A stretch of 64,000 bases of DNA from Escherichia coli (GCF_017348835.2 NZ_CP071375.1); one strand, 5' to 3'. Shown: positions 25,520 through 36,150, numbered from the stretch's first letter. The notes: generated by a model from the letters alone, not told the origin. Made by a program: numbers and translations.

Positions 25520-25619
25520 CGGGGTATCTCCTTTATGAGTCATGGTATGAAGATACGCAGATTTACTCTTGCTTTAAAATGAATAATATTAAGCCACTTA
25601 TTCACGAATCGAGAATATT

Positions 25620-26501
25620 ATGGATCTGACCCAACTGGAGATGTTCAACGCGGTTGCCGAAGCTGGCAGCATTACGCAGGCTGCAGCAAAAGTGCATCGC
25701 GTGCCGTCGAATCTCACTACCCGTCTACGCCAGCTGGAAACAGAACTGGGGGTAGATCTGTTTATTCGCGAGAATCAGCGTTTACGTCTCTCTCCTGCCG
25801 GGCATAACTTTTTACGCTATAGCCAACAAATTCTCGCGTTAGTGGATGAAGCGCGGAGCGTTGTCGCTGGCGATGAGCCGCAAGGTTTATTTTCTCTGGG
25901 TTCGCTGGAAAGCACCGCAGCAGTTCGCATTCCGGCCACGCTGGCGGAATTCAACCGTCGTTATCCCAAAATTCAGTTTTCACTTTCCACCGGCCCTTCC
26001 GGCACTATGCTGGAAGGTGTGCTGGAGGGAAAACTTAATGCGGCGTTTATTGATGGACCCATTAACCATACTGCCATTGACGGAATACCGGTATACCGCG
26101 AGGAGCTGATGATCGTCACGCCACAAGGTCATGCGCCAGTAATCCGTGCCAGTCAGGTTAATGGCAGTAACATTTATGCCTTCCGCGCCAATTGTTCGTA
26201 TCGTCGCCACTTCGAGAGCTGGTTTCATGCTGACGGTGCCGCTCCGGGAACTATCCATGAGATGGAGTCTTATCACGGAATGTTGGCCTGTGTGATCGCA
26301 GGAGCAGGCATTGCGCTTATTCCGCGCTCTATGCTGGAAAGTATGCCGGGGCATCACCAGGTTGAAGCATGGCCGTTAGCCGAGCAATGGCGTTGGTTAA
26401 CAACCTGGCTGGTCTGGCGTCGTGGTGCGAAAACGCGTCCGCTCGAGGCATTTATTCATCTGCTGGATGTGCCTGACTCGGCAAAACAGGGTTATCAATG
26501 A
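25620..26501 (+). CDS. yneJ: LysR-family transcriptional regulator
   Basis: 293-aa ORF with N-terminal LysR HTH, divergent from sad. Confidence 0.85.
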   Translation: MDLTQLEMFNAVAEAGSITQAAAKVHRVPSNLTTRLRQLETELGVDLFIRENQRLRLSPAGHNFLRYSQQILALVDEARSVVAGDEPQGLFSLGSLESTAAVRIPATLAEFNRRYPKIQFSLSTGPSGTMLEGVLEGKLNAAFIDGPINHTAIDGIPVYREELMIVTPQGHAPVIRASQVNGSNIYAFRANCSYRRHFESWFHADGAAPGTIHEMESYHGMLACVIAGAGIALIPRSMLESMPGHHQVEAWPLAEQWRWLTTWLVWRRGAKTRPLEAFIHLLDVPDSAKQGYQ

Positions 26502-26578
26502 GCTATTTTTGATAGTTCTTGCGGCTAATATGCTCTATATAGTGATGTTCCGATGACTTATGACTATATGGGGCAAAT

Positions 26579-27693
26579 ATGGTTACGCCAGTAAGCATCA
26601 GCAATTACATATCTCTTCCTGAAGATTTTCCCGTACGTAATATTGCACCTCAGGTAAAAGAAGTTTTAAAGGATTTTATTGATGCACTTAGTACAATAAT
26701 ATGTGATGAAGAGTGGCGCACGTCTTTAAACATCAACTCAGCCACAAAAAAGATATTTAATAACCTTGACAACTTATCATATATTCAGAGGACTTCTTTT
26801 CGGGGTAACGACACGCTATACAATGAAAAGGTTCAGTTTAAACTCACTTATCCCGCCAGGAATGGAAGACACAAAGAAAATATTGAATTTCAGGTAGTAA
26901 TAAATTTAAGCCCTATTTATTTAGATAATTTCCGCCATGATGGAGAAATTAATATTTTTTGCGCTCCCAACCCAAAGCCTGTCACTATGGGGCGCGTATT
27001 TCAGACCGGCGTCGAGCGTGTGCTATTTCTGTTTCTGAATGATTTTATTGAACAATTTCCAATGATCAACCTTGGTGTTCCCATCAAAAGAGCGCATACA
27101 CCACATATTGAACCCCTGCCTCCGGATCACCATACCGCTGCAGATTACTTACGCCAGTTTGATTTGCTTGTCCTGAATTTTATCTCTCGCGGTAATTTTG
27201 TCATACTCCCCCGATTATGGAATAACTCTGAGGTTCACAGATGGTTCGTCAATAAAGATCCTAACTTGATCACCGCCATTCTCGACATAGCGGACAGCGA
27301 ATTAAAAGAGGATTTATTGCAAAGCCTGATGGATTCATTAGGTTCTAACAAACATGTACTACCCGAAGTCTGCATCTGCTTTTTATCCCTTTTAGCAGAA
27401 CAAGATTTTCCACATTTTCAGGACTTTTTTTATTTTTCGCCAATATGTTATTGCACTATCACCAATTTATGAATCCCAATGAAAGTGATTTGAATGACGT
27501 GTTAATGCCAGCATCATTAAGTGATGATAAAATTATCAAACATATGGCGCGCAAGACCCTCAAACTTTTTGTAAAAAATGAAACACCGCCAAAAGTTACT
27601 CATGAAGACCTGGTGAAAAACAGGCCTCGCTCCCCTGTCAGACCACCTATACCCGCAACCTCCAAAACGCCAGACATTCCTGATCGTCATTAA
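26579..27693 (+). pseudogene. yneK: yneK-like gene split by a frameshift (ORFs 26579..27472 and 27445..27693)
   Basis: Two consecutive ORFs in different frames (297 + 82 aa); both frames are open across a T-rich stretch at 27381-27436 that includes a T7 run. Confidence 0.55.
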
Positions 27694-27843
27694 ACCGTGA
27701 TGTTTACCATCTCTCTGACGCGTGAAAGAATCAGCGTCAGAGAAACGGAAAACGCGATCCAGATCACAAATGCATTGTATTCACATCATTAACCGTTTTA
27801 AGATCATTTCATCACTTTTTCGCAACTCACCCGATAATCTGTT

Positions 27844-29034
27844 ATGACAACAAACACTGTTTCCCGCAAAGTGGCGTGGCTACGGGTCGTTACGCTGGCA
27901 GTCGCCGCCTTCATCTTCAACACCACCGAATTTGTCCCTGTTGGCCTGCTCTCTGACATTGCGCAAAGTTTTCACATGCAAACCGCTCAGGTCGGCATTA
28001 TGTTGACCATTTACGCATGGGTAGTAGCGCTAATGTCATTGCCTTTTATGTTAATGACCAGTCAGGTTGAACGGCGCAAACTACTGTTCTGCCTGTTTGT
28101 GGTGTTTATTGCCAGCCACGTACTGTCGTTTTTATCGTGGAGCTTTACCGTTCTGGTGATCAGTCGCATTGGTGTGGCTTTTGCACATGCGATTTTCTGG
28201 TCGATTACGGCGTCTCTGGCGATCCGTATGGCTCCGGCCGGGAAGCGAGCACAGGCATTGAGTTTAATTGCCACCGGTACAGCACTGGCAATGGTATTAG
28301 GTTTACCTCTCGGGCGCATTGTGGGGCAGTATTTCGGCTGGCGAATGACCTTCTTCGCGATTGGTATCGGGGCGCTTGTTACCCTTTTGTGCCTGATTAA
28401 GTTACTTCCCTTACTGCCCAGTGAGCATTCCGGTTCATTGAAAAGCCTCCCGCTATTGTTCCGCCGCCCGGCATTGATGAGCATTTATTTGTTAACTGTG
28501 GTGGTTGTCACCGCCCATTACACGGCATACAGCTATATTGAGCCTTTTGTGCAAAACATTGCGGGATTCAGCGCCAACTTTGCCACGGCATTACTGTTAT
28601 TACTCGGTGGTGCGGGCATTATTGGCAGCGTTATTTTCGGTAAACTGGGTAATCAGTATGCGTCTGCGTTGGTAAGTACGGCGATTGCGCTGTTGCTGGT
28701 GTGCCTGGCACTGCTGTTACCTGCGTCGAACAGTGAAATACACCTCGGGGTGCTGAGTATTTTCTGGGGGATCGCGATGATGATCATCGGGCTTGGTATG
28801 CAGGTTAAAGTGCTGTCGCTGGCACCAGATGCTACCGACGTCGCGATGGCGCTATTCTCCGGGATATTTAATATTGGAATCGGGGCGGGTGCGTTGGTAG
28901 GTAATCAGGTGAGTCTGCACTGGTCAATGTCGATGATTGGTTATGTGGGCGCGGTGCCTGCTTTTGCCGCGTTAATATGGTCAATCATTATATTTCGCCG
29001 CTGGCCAGTGACACTCGAAGAACAGACGCAATAG
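27844..29034 (+). CDS. ydeA: MFS L-arabinose/IPTG exporter
   Basis: 396-aa 12-TM MFS ORF. Confidence 0.85.
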   Translation: MTTNTVSRKVAWLRVVTLAVAAFIFNTTEFVPVGLLSDIAQSFHMQTAQVGIMLTIYAWVVALMSLPFMLMTSQVERRKLLFCLFVVFIASHVLSFLSWSFTVLVISRIGVAFAHAIFWSITASLAIRMAPAGKRAQALSLIATGTALAMVLGLPLGRIVGQYFGWRMTFFAIGIGALVTLLCLIKLLPLLPSEHSGSLKSLPLLFRRPALMSIYLLTVVVVTAHYTAYSYIEPFVQNIAGFSANFATALLLLLGGAGIIGSVIFGKLGNQYASALVSTAIALLLVCLALLLPASNSEIHLGVLSIFWGIAMMIIGLGMQVKVLSLAPDATDVAMALFSGIFNIGIGAGALVGNQVSLHWSMSMIGYVGAVPAFAALIWSIIIFRRWPVTLEEQTQ

Positions 29035-29037
29035 TTG

Positions 29038-29060
29038 AAAGGCCCATTCGGGCCTTTTTT
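29038..29060. terminator. Bidirectional intrinsic terminator between convergent ydeA and marC
   Basis: aaa-GGCCC-attc-GGGCC-tttttt hairpin with an A-run before and T-run after. Confidence 0.75.
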
Positions 29061-29724
29061 AATGGTACGTTTTAATGATTTCCAGGATGCCGTTAATAAT
29101 AAACTGCACACCCATACATACCAGCAGGAACCCCATCAGGCGGGAGATCGCTTCAATGCCACCCTTGCCCACCAGCCGCATAATTGCGCCAGAGCTGCGT
29201 AGACTTCCCCACAAAATAACCGCCACCAGGAAAAAAATCAGCGGCGGCGCAACCATCAGTACCCAATCAGCAAAGGTTGAACTCTGACGCACTGTGGACG
29301 CCGAGCTAATAATCATCGCTATGGTTCCCGGACCGGCGGTACTTGGCATTGCCAGTGGTACAAAAGCAATATTGGCACTGGGTTCATCTTCCAGCTCTTC
29401 CGACTTGCTTTTCGCCTCCGGTGAATCAATCACTTTCTGTTGCGGAAAGAGCATCCGAAAACCGATAAACGCGACGATTAAGCCGCCTGCAATTCGCAGA
29501 CCGGGAATCGAAATGCCAAATGTATCCATCACCAGTTGCCCGGCGTAATACGCCACCATCATGATGGCAAAGACGTACACCGAGGCCATCAACGACTGAC
29601 GATTACGTTCGGCACTGTTCATGTTGCCTGCCAGGCCAAGAAATAACGCGACAGTTGTTAATGGGTTAGCTAACGGCAGTAACACCACCAGCCCCAGGCC
29701 AATTGCTTTAAACAAATCTAACAT
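29059..29724 (-). CDS. marC: Inner-membrane protein MarC
   Basis: 221-aa membrane ORF divergent from marRAB. Confidence 0.9.
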   Translation of the reverse strand: MLDLFKAIGLGLVVLLPLANPLTTVALFLGLAGNMNSAERNRQSLMASVYVFAIMMVAYYAGQLVMDTFGISIPGLRIAGGLIVAFIGFRMLFPQQKVIDSPEAKSKSEELEDEPSANIAFVPLAMPSTAGPGTIAMIISSASTVRQSSTFADWVLMVAPPLIFFLVAVILWGSLRSSGAIMRLVGKGGIEAISRLMGFLLVCMGVQFIINGILEIIKTYH

Positions 29725-29837
29725 TGGTGGTTGTTATCCTGTGTATCTGGGTTATCAGCGAAAAGTATAAGGGGTAAACAAGGATAAAGTGTCACTCTTT
29801 AGCTAACCTTGCATCGCATTGACCAAAACTTGAACCG

Positions 29838-29935
29838 ATTTAGCAAAACGTGGCATCGGTCAATTCATTCATTTGACTTATACTTGCCTGGGCAATATTA
29901 TCCCCTGCAACTAATTACTTGCCAGGGCAACTAAT
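29838..29935 (+). promoter_or_regulatory. marO: marbox, marRAB promoter (-35 TTGACT 29873-29878, -10 TATTAT 29896-29901) and two MarR operator palindromes
   Basis: Marbox-like gatttagcaaaacgtggcat at 29838-29857; MarR site I TACTTGCCTGGGCAATATTAT over the -10; site II TAATTACTTGCCAGGGCAACTAATG abutting the marR GTG start. Confidence 0.8.
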
Positions 29936-30370
29936 GTGAAAAGTACCAGCGATCTGTTCAATGAAATTATTCCATTGGGTCGCTTAATCCATATGGTTAA
30001 TCAGAAGAAAGATCGTCTGCTTAACGAGTATCTGTCTCCGCTGGATATTACCGCGGCACAGTTTAAGGTGCTCTGCTCTATCCGCTGCGCGGCGTGTATT
30101 ACTCCGGTTGAACTGAAAAAAGTGTTGTCGGTCGACCTGGGAGCACTGACCCGTATGCTGGATCGCCTGGTCTGTAAAGGCTGGGTGGAAAGGTTGCCGA
30201 ACCCGAATGATAAGCGCGGCGTACTGGTAAAACTTACCACCAGCGGCGCGGCAATATGTGAACAATGCCATCAATTAGTTGGCCAGGACCTGCATCAAGA
30301 ATTAACAAAAAACCTGACGGCGGACGAAGTGGCAACACTTGAGCATTTGCTTAATAAAGTCCTGCCGTAA
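29936..30370 (+). CDS. marR: Multiple antibiotic resistance repressor
   Basis: 144-aa ORF starting at GTG; winged-helix MarR sequence. Confidence 0.9.
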   Translation: MKSTSDLFNEIIPLGRLIHMVNQKKDRLLNEYLSPLDITAAQFKVLCSIRCAACITPVELKKVLSVDLGALTRMLDRLVCKGWVERLPNPNDKRGVLVKLTTSGAAICEQCHQLVGQDLHQELTKNLTADEVATLEHLLNKVLP

Positions 30371-30390
30371 ACAAAAAATGAGGTATGACG

Positions 30391-30774
30391 ATGTCCAGAC
30401 GCAATACTGACGCTATTACCATTCATAGCATTTTGGACTGGATCGAGGACAACCTGGAATCGCCACTGTCACTGGAGAAAGTGTCAGAGCGTTCGGGTTA
30501 CTCCAAATGGCACCTGCAACGGATGTTTAAAAAAGAAACCGGTCATTCATTAGGCCAATACATCCGCAGCCGTAAGATGACGGAAATCGCGCAAAAGCTG
30601 AAGGAAAGTAACGAGCCAATACTCTATCTGGCAGAACGATATGGCTTCGAGTCGCAACAAACTCTGACCCGAACCTTCAAAAATTACTTTGATGTTCCGC
30701 CGCATAAATACCGGATGACCAATATGCAGGGCGAATCGCGCTTTTTACATCCATTAAACCATTACAACAGCTAG
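30391..30774 (+). CDS. marA: AraC-family activator of the mar regulon
   Basis: [31 protein letters not shown]... two-HTH AraC protein. Confidence 0.9.
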
Positions 30775-30805
30775 TTGAAAACGTGACAACGTCACTGAGG
30801 CAATT

Positions 30806-31024
30806 ATGAAACCGCTTTTATCCGCAATAGCAGCTGCGCTTATTCTCTTTTCCGCGCAGGGCGTTGCGGAACAAACCCAGCAACCGCTCGTTACTTCCTG
30901 TGGCGATGTGGTGGTTGTTCCCCCATCGCAGGAACAACCACCGTTCGATTTAAATCACATGGGTACAGGCAGTGATAAGTCGGATGCGCTCGGCGTGCCC
31001 TATTATAATCAACACGCTATGTAG
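30806..31024 (+). CDS. marB: Periplasmic protein MarB
   Basis: 72-aa ORF with signal peptide. Confidence 0.85.
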   Translation: MKPLLSAIAAALILFSAQGVAEQTQQPLVTSCGDVVVVPPSQEQPPFDLNHMGTGSDKSDALGVPYYNQHAM

Positions 31025-31031
31025 TTTGTTC

Positions 31032-31055
31032 TGGCCCCGACATCTCGGGGCTTAT
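31032..31055 (+). terminator. Intrinsic terminator after marB
   Basis: GCCCCGA-catc-TCGGGGC hairpin followed by ttatt. Confidence 0.65.
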
Positions 31056-31954
31056 TAACTTCCCACCTTTACCGCTTTACGCCACCGCAAGCCAAATACA
31101 TTGATATACAGCCCGGTCATAATGAGCACCGCACCGAAAAATTGTAGACCCGTTAAGCGTTCATCCAACAATAGTGCCGCACTTGCCAGTCCTACTACGG
31201 GCACCAGTAACGATAACGGTGCAATCCGCCAGGTTTCATAGCGTCCAAGTAGTGTTCCCCAGATCCCATAACCAACAATTGTCGCCACAAACGCCAGATA
31301 CATCAGAGACAAGATGGTGGTCATATCGATAGTAACCAGACTGTGAATCATGGTTGCGGAACCATCGAGAATCAGCGAGGCAACAAAGAAGGGAATGATT
31401 GGGATTAATGCGCTCCAGATTACCAGCGACATCACCGCCGGACGCGTTGAGTGCGACATGATCTTTTTATTGAAGATGTTGCCGCACGCCCAGCTAAATG
31501 CTGCCGCCAGGGTCAACATAAAGCCGAGCATCGCCACATGCTGACCGTTCAGACTATCTTCGATTAACACCAGTACACCAAAAATCGCTAAGGCGATCCC
31601 CGCCAATTGTTTGCCATGCAGTCGCTCACCGAAAGTAAACGCGCCAAGCACGATAGTAAAAAACGCCTGTGCCTGTAACACCAGCGAAGCCAGTCCAGCA
31701 GGCATACCAAAGTTAATGGCGCAGAACAGAAAGGCAAACTGCGCAAAGCTGATGGTTAATCCATACCCCAACAGCAAATTCAGTGGTACTTTCGGTCGTG
31801 CGACAAAAAAGATGGCCGGAAAAGCCACCAGCATAAAGCGCAAACCGGCTAACATCAGCGGTGGCATGTTATGAAGTCCCACTTTGATGACCACAAAATT
31901 TAGCCCCCATACGACCACTACCAGTAGCGCCAACACCCCATCTTTTCGCGACAT
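31055..31954 (-). CDS. eamA: Cysteine/O-acetylserine exporter (DMT family)
   Basis: Polytopic ORF 31055..31975; likely start MSRKDGVLALL. Confidence 0.85.
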   Translation of the reverse strand: MSRKDGVLALLVVVVWGLNFVVIKVGLHNMPPLMLAGLRFMLVAFPAIFFVARPKVPLNLLLGYGLTISFAQFAFLFCAINFGMPAGLASLVLQAQAFFTIVLGAFTFGERLHGKQLAGIALAIFGVLVLIEDSLNGQHVAMLGFMLTLAAAFSWACGNIFNKKIMSHSTRPAVMSLVIWSALIPIIPFFVASLILDGSATMIHSLVTIDMTTILSLMYLAFVATIVGYGIWGTLLGRYETWRIAPLSLLVPVVGLASAALLLDERLTGLQFFGAVLIMTGLYINVFGLRWRKAVKVGS

Positions 31955-32148
31955 TCTACCGCCTCTGAATTTCATCTTTTGTCAGCAATCAACTTAGCTG
32001 AATTTACTTTTCTTTAACAGTTGATTCGTTAGTCGCCGATTACGACGGCATTAATGCGCAAATAAGTCGCTATACTTCGGATTTTTGCCATGCTATTTCT
32101 TTACATCTCTAAAACAAAACATAACGAAACGCACTGCCGGACAGACAA

Positions 32149-33336
32149 ATGAACTTATCCCTACGACACTCTACCAGCGCCCTTCTTGCCTCGTCGTTGT
32201 TATTAACCATCGGACGCGGCGCTACGCTGCCATTTATGACCATTTACTTGAGTCGCCAGTACAGCCTGAGTGTCGATCTAATCGGTTATGCGATGACAAT
32301 TGCGCTCACTATTGGCGTCGTTTTTAGCCTTGGTTTTGGTATCCTGGCGGATAAGTTCGACAAGAAACGCTATATGTTACTGGCAATTACGGCCTTCGCC
32401 AGCGGTTTTATTGCTATTCCCCTGGTGGACAGCGTCACGCTGGTGGTACTTTTTTTCGCACTCATCAACTGCGCCTATTCCGTTTTTGCCACAGTGTTGA
32501 AAGCCTGGTTTGCCGACAATCTTTCATCCACCAGCAAAACGAAGATCTTCTCGATCAACTACACCATGCTCAATATTGGCTGGACCGTCGGCCCGCCACT
32601 CGGCACGCTGTTGGTCATGCAGAGCATCAATCTGCCCTTTTGGCTGGCCGCTATCTGCTCTGCGTTTCCCATGTTTTTCATTCAAATTTGGGTAAAGCGC
32701 AGCGAGAAAATCATCGCCACGGAAACAGGCAGTGTCTGGTCGCCGAAAGTTTTATTACAAGATAAAGCACTGTTGTGGTTTACCTGCTCTGGTTTTCTGG
32801 CTTCCTTTGTTAGCGGCGCATTTGCATCATGCATTTCACAATATGTGATGGTGATTGCTGATGGGGATTTTGCCGAAAAGGTGGTCGCGGTTGTTCTTCC
32901 GGTGAATGCTGCCATGGTGGTTACGTTGCAATATTCCGTGGGCCGCCGACTTAACCCGGCTAACATCCGCGCGCTGATGACAGCAGGCACCCTCTGTTTC
33001 GTCATCGGTCTGGTCGGTTTTATTTTTTCCGGCAACAGCCTGCTATTGTGGGGTATGTCAGCTGCGGTATTTACTGTCGGTGAAATCATTTATGCGCCGG
33101 GCGAGTATATGTTGATTGACCATATTGCGCCGCCAGGAATGAAAGCCAGCTATTTTTCCGCCCAGTCTTTAGGCTGGCTTGGTGCCGCGATTAACCCATT
33201 AGTGAGTGGCGTAGTGCTAACCAGCCTGCCGCCTTCCTCGCTGTTTATCATCTTAGCATTGGTGATCATTGCTGCGTGGGTGCTGATGTTAAAAGGTATT
33301 AACGCCAGACCCCAGAGGCAACCAGCACTCTGTTGA
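32149..33336 (+). CDS. ydeE: MFS transporter
   Basis: 395-aa 12-TM ORF. Confidence 0.85.
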   Translation: MNLSLRHSTSALLASSLLLTIGRGATLPFMTIYLSRQYSLSVDLIGYAMTIALTIGVVFSLGFGILADKFDKKRYMLLAITAFASGFIAIPLVDSVTLVVLFFALINCAYSVFATVLKAWFADNLSSTSKTKIFSINYTMLNIGWTVGPPLGTLLVMQSINLPFWLAAICSAFPMFFIQIWVKRSEKIIATETGSVWSPKVLLQDKALLWFTCSGFLASFVSGAFASCISQYVMVIADGDFAEKVVAVVLPVNAAMVVTLQYSVGRRLNPANIRALMTAGTLCFVIGLVGFIFSGNSLLLWGMSAAVFTVGEIIYAPGEYMLIDHIAPPGMKASYFSAQSLGWLGAAINPLVSGVVLTSLPPSSLFIILALVIIAAWVLMLKGINARPQRQPALC

Positions 33337-33376
33337 CGTTCGTGCCGTTCCACTACTGGCACGGCTTCGCTAATCA

Positions 33377-33772
33377 TTATTCTGAGGCAAAGGCATAGCC
33401 TTCATCTTCCCAGCCGGTTATCCCGCCGAGCATGATTTTAACCGGCTTTCCGAGTCGAGCCAGTTTGAGTGCCGCACGGTCTGCACCGTTACAATGTGGC
33501 CCCGCGCAATACACCACAAATAGCGTATCGTCGGGCCATTCGGCCATTCTTTCTGCGGTCATTTGCTTATGGGGTAAATGGAGAGCGCCTGGGATATGCC
33601 GACGCGCGAAGTCCTCTTCACGTCCAACCACATGAAGTAAAACGAAATCATCGCCAATATAAGCCAGAGAGTCATGAACATCGGCGCAATCTGTTTCGAC
33701 ACTCAAGCGCGCGAGAAAATGCGCCTCAGCAACTTCTGGCTTCGCTGTGGTAAATTCAGTGACATAACGCAT
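33377..33772 (-). CDS. Rhodanese-domain protein (putative sulfurtransferase)
   Basis: 131-aa ORF with a rhodanese active-site Cys loop (VVYCAGPHCNGA). Confidence 0.7.
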   Translation of the reverse strand: MRYVTEFTTAKPEVAEAHFLARLSVETDCADVHDSLAYIGDDFVLLHVVGREEDFARRHIPGALHLPHKQMTAERMAEWPDDTLFVVYCAGPHCNGADRAALKLARLGKPVKIMLGGITGWEDEGYAFASE

Positions 33773-33845
33773 ATTGCTTTGTCCTTTTGGTTTGTTGTGT
33801 TAACAATAATGTAACTAATCTACCTTTCACTGACCGCCTCTCGAT

Positions 33846-34838
33846 ATGCCAGAAATGAGCAAAATGATGACAACGTTACAACGTCCGCTGGTCATTGCAC
33901 TGGCATATGACGGGCTATGTACTTTTGAATTTGGCGTTGCCGTTGAAATATTCGGCCTGCCACGACCGGAACTGGGCGATAATTGGTATCGTTTTGCTGT
34001 TGCTGCGGTAGAACCTGGTGCGCTACAAGCCACCGGGGGGATCCACGTGGTTGCAGATGGTGGACTGGAGTTATTGCCCAACGCCGATATGATTATTATT
34101 CCTGGCTGGCGCGGAATAGATGCCAAAGTGCCGGAGATGCTATGCCAGTCATTGCGCGAGGCACACCAGCGCGGTACTCGCCTGGTATCAATATGCTCTG
34201 GCGTGTTTGTCCTTGCTGCTGCGGGCCTTCTTCATCAGCGAAAAGCAACCACCCACTGGCGCTACACTGAACAACTCCAGCACCGTTACCCTTCAATCAG
34301 CGTAAGTGACAATGTGTTATATCAGGATGAAGGACAAGTGATGACCTCCGCCGGAAGCGCCGCGGGGATCGATCTGTGTTTACATATCGTGCGCAAAGAT
34401 TTTGGTCATGAGATTGCTAATAATGTCGCCCGGCGACTGGTCATTCAGCCACATCGCCAGGGGGATCAACCACAAAATCTGACGCGCCCAATGGCCTCAC
34501 CGCGTGAAAGCCAGACGTTAGGTGCCTTATTCGACTTTTTGCAGCAGAATCTGGCACAAACACATACTGTGTCTTCCCTCGCCGAACGGGTAAATATGAG
34601 TCCGCGCACTTTTTTAAGACGTTTTGAGGCGTTAACTGGCATGACGCCCGCCCGCTGGCTGCTCAATGAGCGCTTAATACGAGTACAGGATTATCTGCAA
34701 AATTCGGTTTTTAACATCGAGAAAATTGCCGAGCTGACGGGTTTTGGCAATTCAGCGTTATTGCGTCATCACTTTCACCAACGTTTTTTATTATCTCCTT
34801 CGCAATATCGCAAAAACAGCCGTTCCCCATCACAATAA
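33846..34838 (+). CDS. GlxA/FtrA-like regulator: DJ-1/PfpI domain fused to AraC HTH
   Basis: 330-aa ORF; N-terminal DJ-1/PfpI-like fold with nucleophile-elbow Cys (ICSGVFVLAAAG), C-terminal AraC double HTH. Divergent from the rhodanese gene. Confidence 0.75.
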   Translation: MPEMSKMMTTLQRPLVIALAYDGLCTFEFGVAVEIFGLPRPELGDNWYRFAVAAVEPGALQATGGIHVVADGGLELLPNADMIIIPGWRGIDAKVPEMLCQSLREAHQRGTRLVSICSGVFVLAAAGLLHQRKATTHWRYTEQLQHRYPSISVSDNVLYQDEGQVMTSAGSAAGIDLCLHIVRKDFGHEIANNVARRLVIQPHRQGDQPQNLTRPMASPRESQTLGALFDFLQQNLAQTHTVSSLAERVNMSPRTFLRRFEALTGMTPARWLLNERLIRVQDYLQNSVFNIEKIAELTGFGNSALLRHHFHQRFLLSPSQYRKNSRSPSQ

Positions 34839-34945
34839 TCGCCTGATTCAGCCTTTGTTTAGATAACCTCTGCTAATATCTTTCTCATTGAGATGAAAAT
34901 TAAGGTAAGCGAGGAAACACACCACACCATAAACGGAGGCAAATA

Positions 34946-35041
34946 ATGCTGGGTAATATGAATGTTTTTATGGCCGTACTGGGAATAATTTTATTTTCTG
35001 GTTTTCTGGCCGCGTATTTCAGCCACAAATGGGATGACTAA
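34946..35041 (+). CDS. mgtS: Small membrane protein MgtS (31 aa)
   Basis: ATG at 34946 after GGAGG; translation MLGNMNVFMAVLGIILFSGFLAAYFSHKWDD; below the ORF-track size cutoff. Confidence 0.85.
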   Translation: MLGNMNVFMAVLGIILFSGFLAAYFSHKWDD

Positions 35042-35068
35042 TGAACGGAGATAATCCCTCACCTAACC

Positions 35069-35107
35069 GGCCCCTTGTTACAGTTGTGTACAAGGGGCCT
35101 GATTTTT
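35069..35107 (+). terminator. Intrinsic terminator after mgtS
   Basis: GGCCCCTTGT-tacagttgtgt-ACAAGGGGCC hairpin followed by tgattttt. Confidence 0.75.
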
Positions 35108-35116
35108 ATGACGGCG

Positions 35117-35218
35117 AAAAAAAACCGCCAGTAAACCGGCGGTGAATGCTTGCATGGATAGATTTGTGTTTTGCTTTTACGCTAACAGGCATTTTCCTGC
35201 ACTGATAACGGATCGTTG
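35117..35218 (-). ncRNA. mgrR: PhoP-dependent small RNA MgrR (approximate ends)
   Basis: Minus-strand terminator (ccgccggtttactggcgg + T8, + coords 35117-35142) about 100 nt downstream of a perfect PhoP box; matches the known mgtS-dgcZ intergenic location of mgrR. 5' end estimated. Confidence 0.55.
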
Positions 35219-35247
35219 ACACAGTAGCATCAGTTTTCTCAATGAAT

Positions 35248-35265
35248 GTTAAACGGAGCTTAAAC
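35248..35265 (-). promoter_or_regulatory. PhoP box (GTTTAA-N5-GTTTAA direct repeat)
   Basis: Minus-strand GTTTAAGCTCCGTTTAAC; overlaps the dgcZ stop codon and lies upstream of the inferred mgrR start. Confidence 0.7.
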
Positions 35266-36150
35266 TCGGTTAATCACATTTTGTTCGTCAATAAACATGC
35301 AGCGATTTCTTCCGGTTTGCTTACCCTCATACATTGCCCGGTCTGCTCTTCCAATGACCACATCCAGAGGCTCTTCAGGAAATGCGCGACTCACACCTGC
35401 TGTCACGGTAATGTTGATATGCCCTTCAGAATGTGTGATGGCATGGTTATCGACTAACTGGCAAATTCTGACACCTGCACGACATGCTTCTTCATCATTA
35501 GCCGCTTTAACAATAATGATAAATTCTTCGCCCCCGTAGCGATAAACCGTTTCGTAATCACGCGTCCAACTGGCTAAGTAAGTTGCCAGGGTGCGTAATA
35601 CTACATCGCCGATTAAATGCCCGTAGGTATCATTAACCAATTTAAATCGGTCAATATCCAACAACATTAAATAAAGATTCAGAGGATCAGTGTTGCGTAA
35701 CTGATGATCAAAGGATTCATCAAGAACCCGACGCCCCGGCAATCCCGTCAAAACATCCATATTGCTACGGATCGTCAGCAAATAAATTTTGTAATCGGTT
35801 AATGCCGCAGTAAAAGAAAGCAACCCCTCCTGAAAGGAGTCGAAATGCGCGTCCTGCCAGTGATTTTCAACAATAGCCAGCATTAATTCCCGACCACAGT
35901 TATGCATATGTTGATGGGCAGAATCCATTAGCCGAACGTAAGGTAATTCATCGTTATCGAGTGGCCCCAGATGATCAATCCACCGACCAAACTGGCACAG
36001 TCCATAAGAATGGTTATCCGTTATTTCTGGCTTACTGGCATCTCTCGCGACCACGCTGTGAAACATACTCACCAGCCACTGGTAGTGGGCATCGATAGCC
36101 TTATTGAGATTTAACAAGATGGCATCAATTTCCGTTGTCTTCTTGATCAT
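35260..36150 (-). CDS. dgcZ: Zinc-sensing diguanylate cyclase
   Basis: ORF with N-terminal CZB domain and C-terminal GGEEF; start MIKKTTEIDAIL. Confidence 0.9.
   Translation of the reverse strand: MIKKTTEIDAILLNLNKAIDAHYQWLVSMFHSVVARDASKPEITDNHSYGLCQFGRWIDHLGPLDNDELPYVRLMDSAHQHMHNCGRELMLAIVENHWQDAHFDSFQEGLLSFTAALTDYKIYLLTIRSNMDVLTGLPGRRVLDESFDHQLRNTDPLNLYLMLLDIDRFKLVNDTYGHLIGDVVLRTLATYLASWTRDYETVYRYGGEEFIIIVKAANDEEACRAGVRICQLVDNHAITHSEGHINITVTAGVSRAFPEEPLDVVIGRADRAMYEGKQTGRNRCMFIDEQNVINRV

Noticed and set aside
34840-34945. PhoP box for mgtS
   Set aside because: Only a single TGTTTA half-site near a TAATAT -10-like hexamer; the second half-site is poor, so not reported as a feature.
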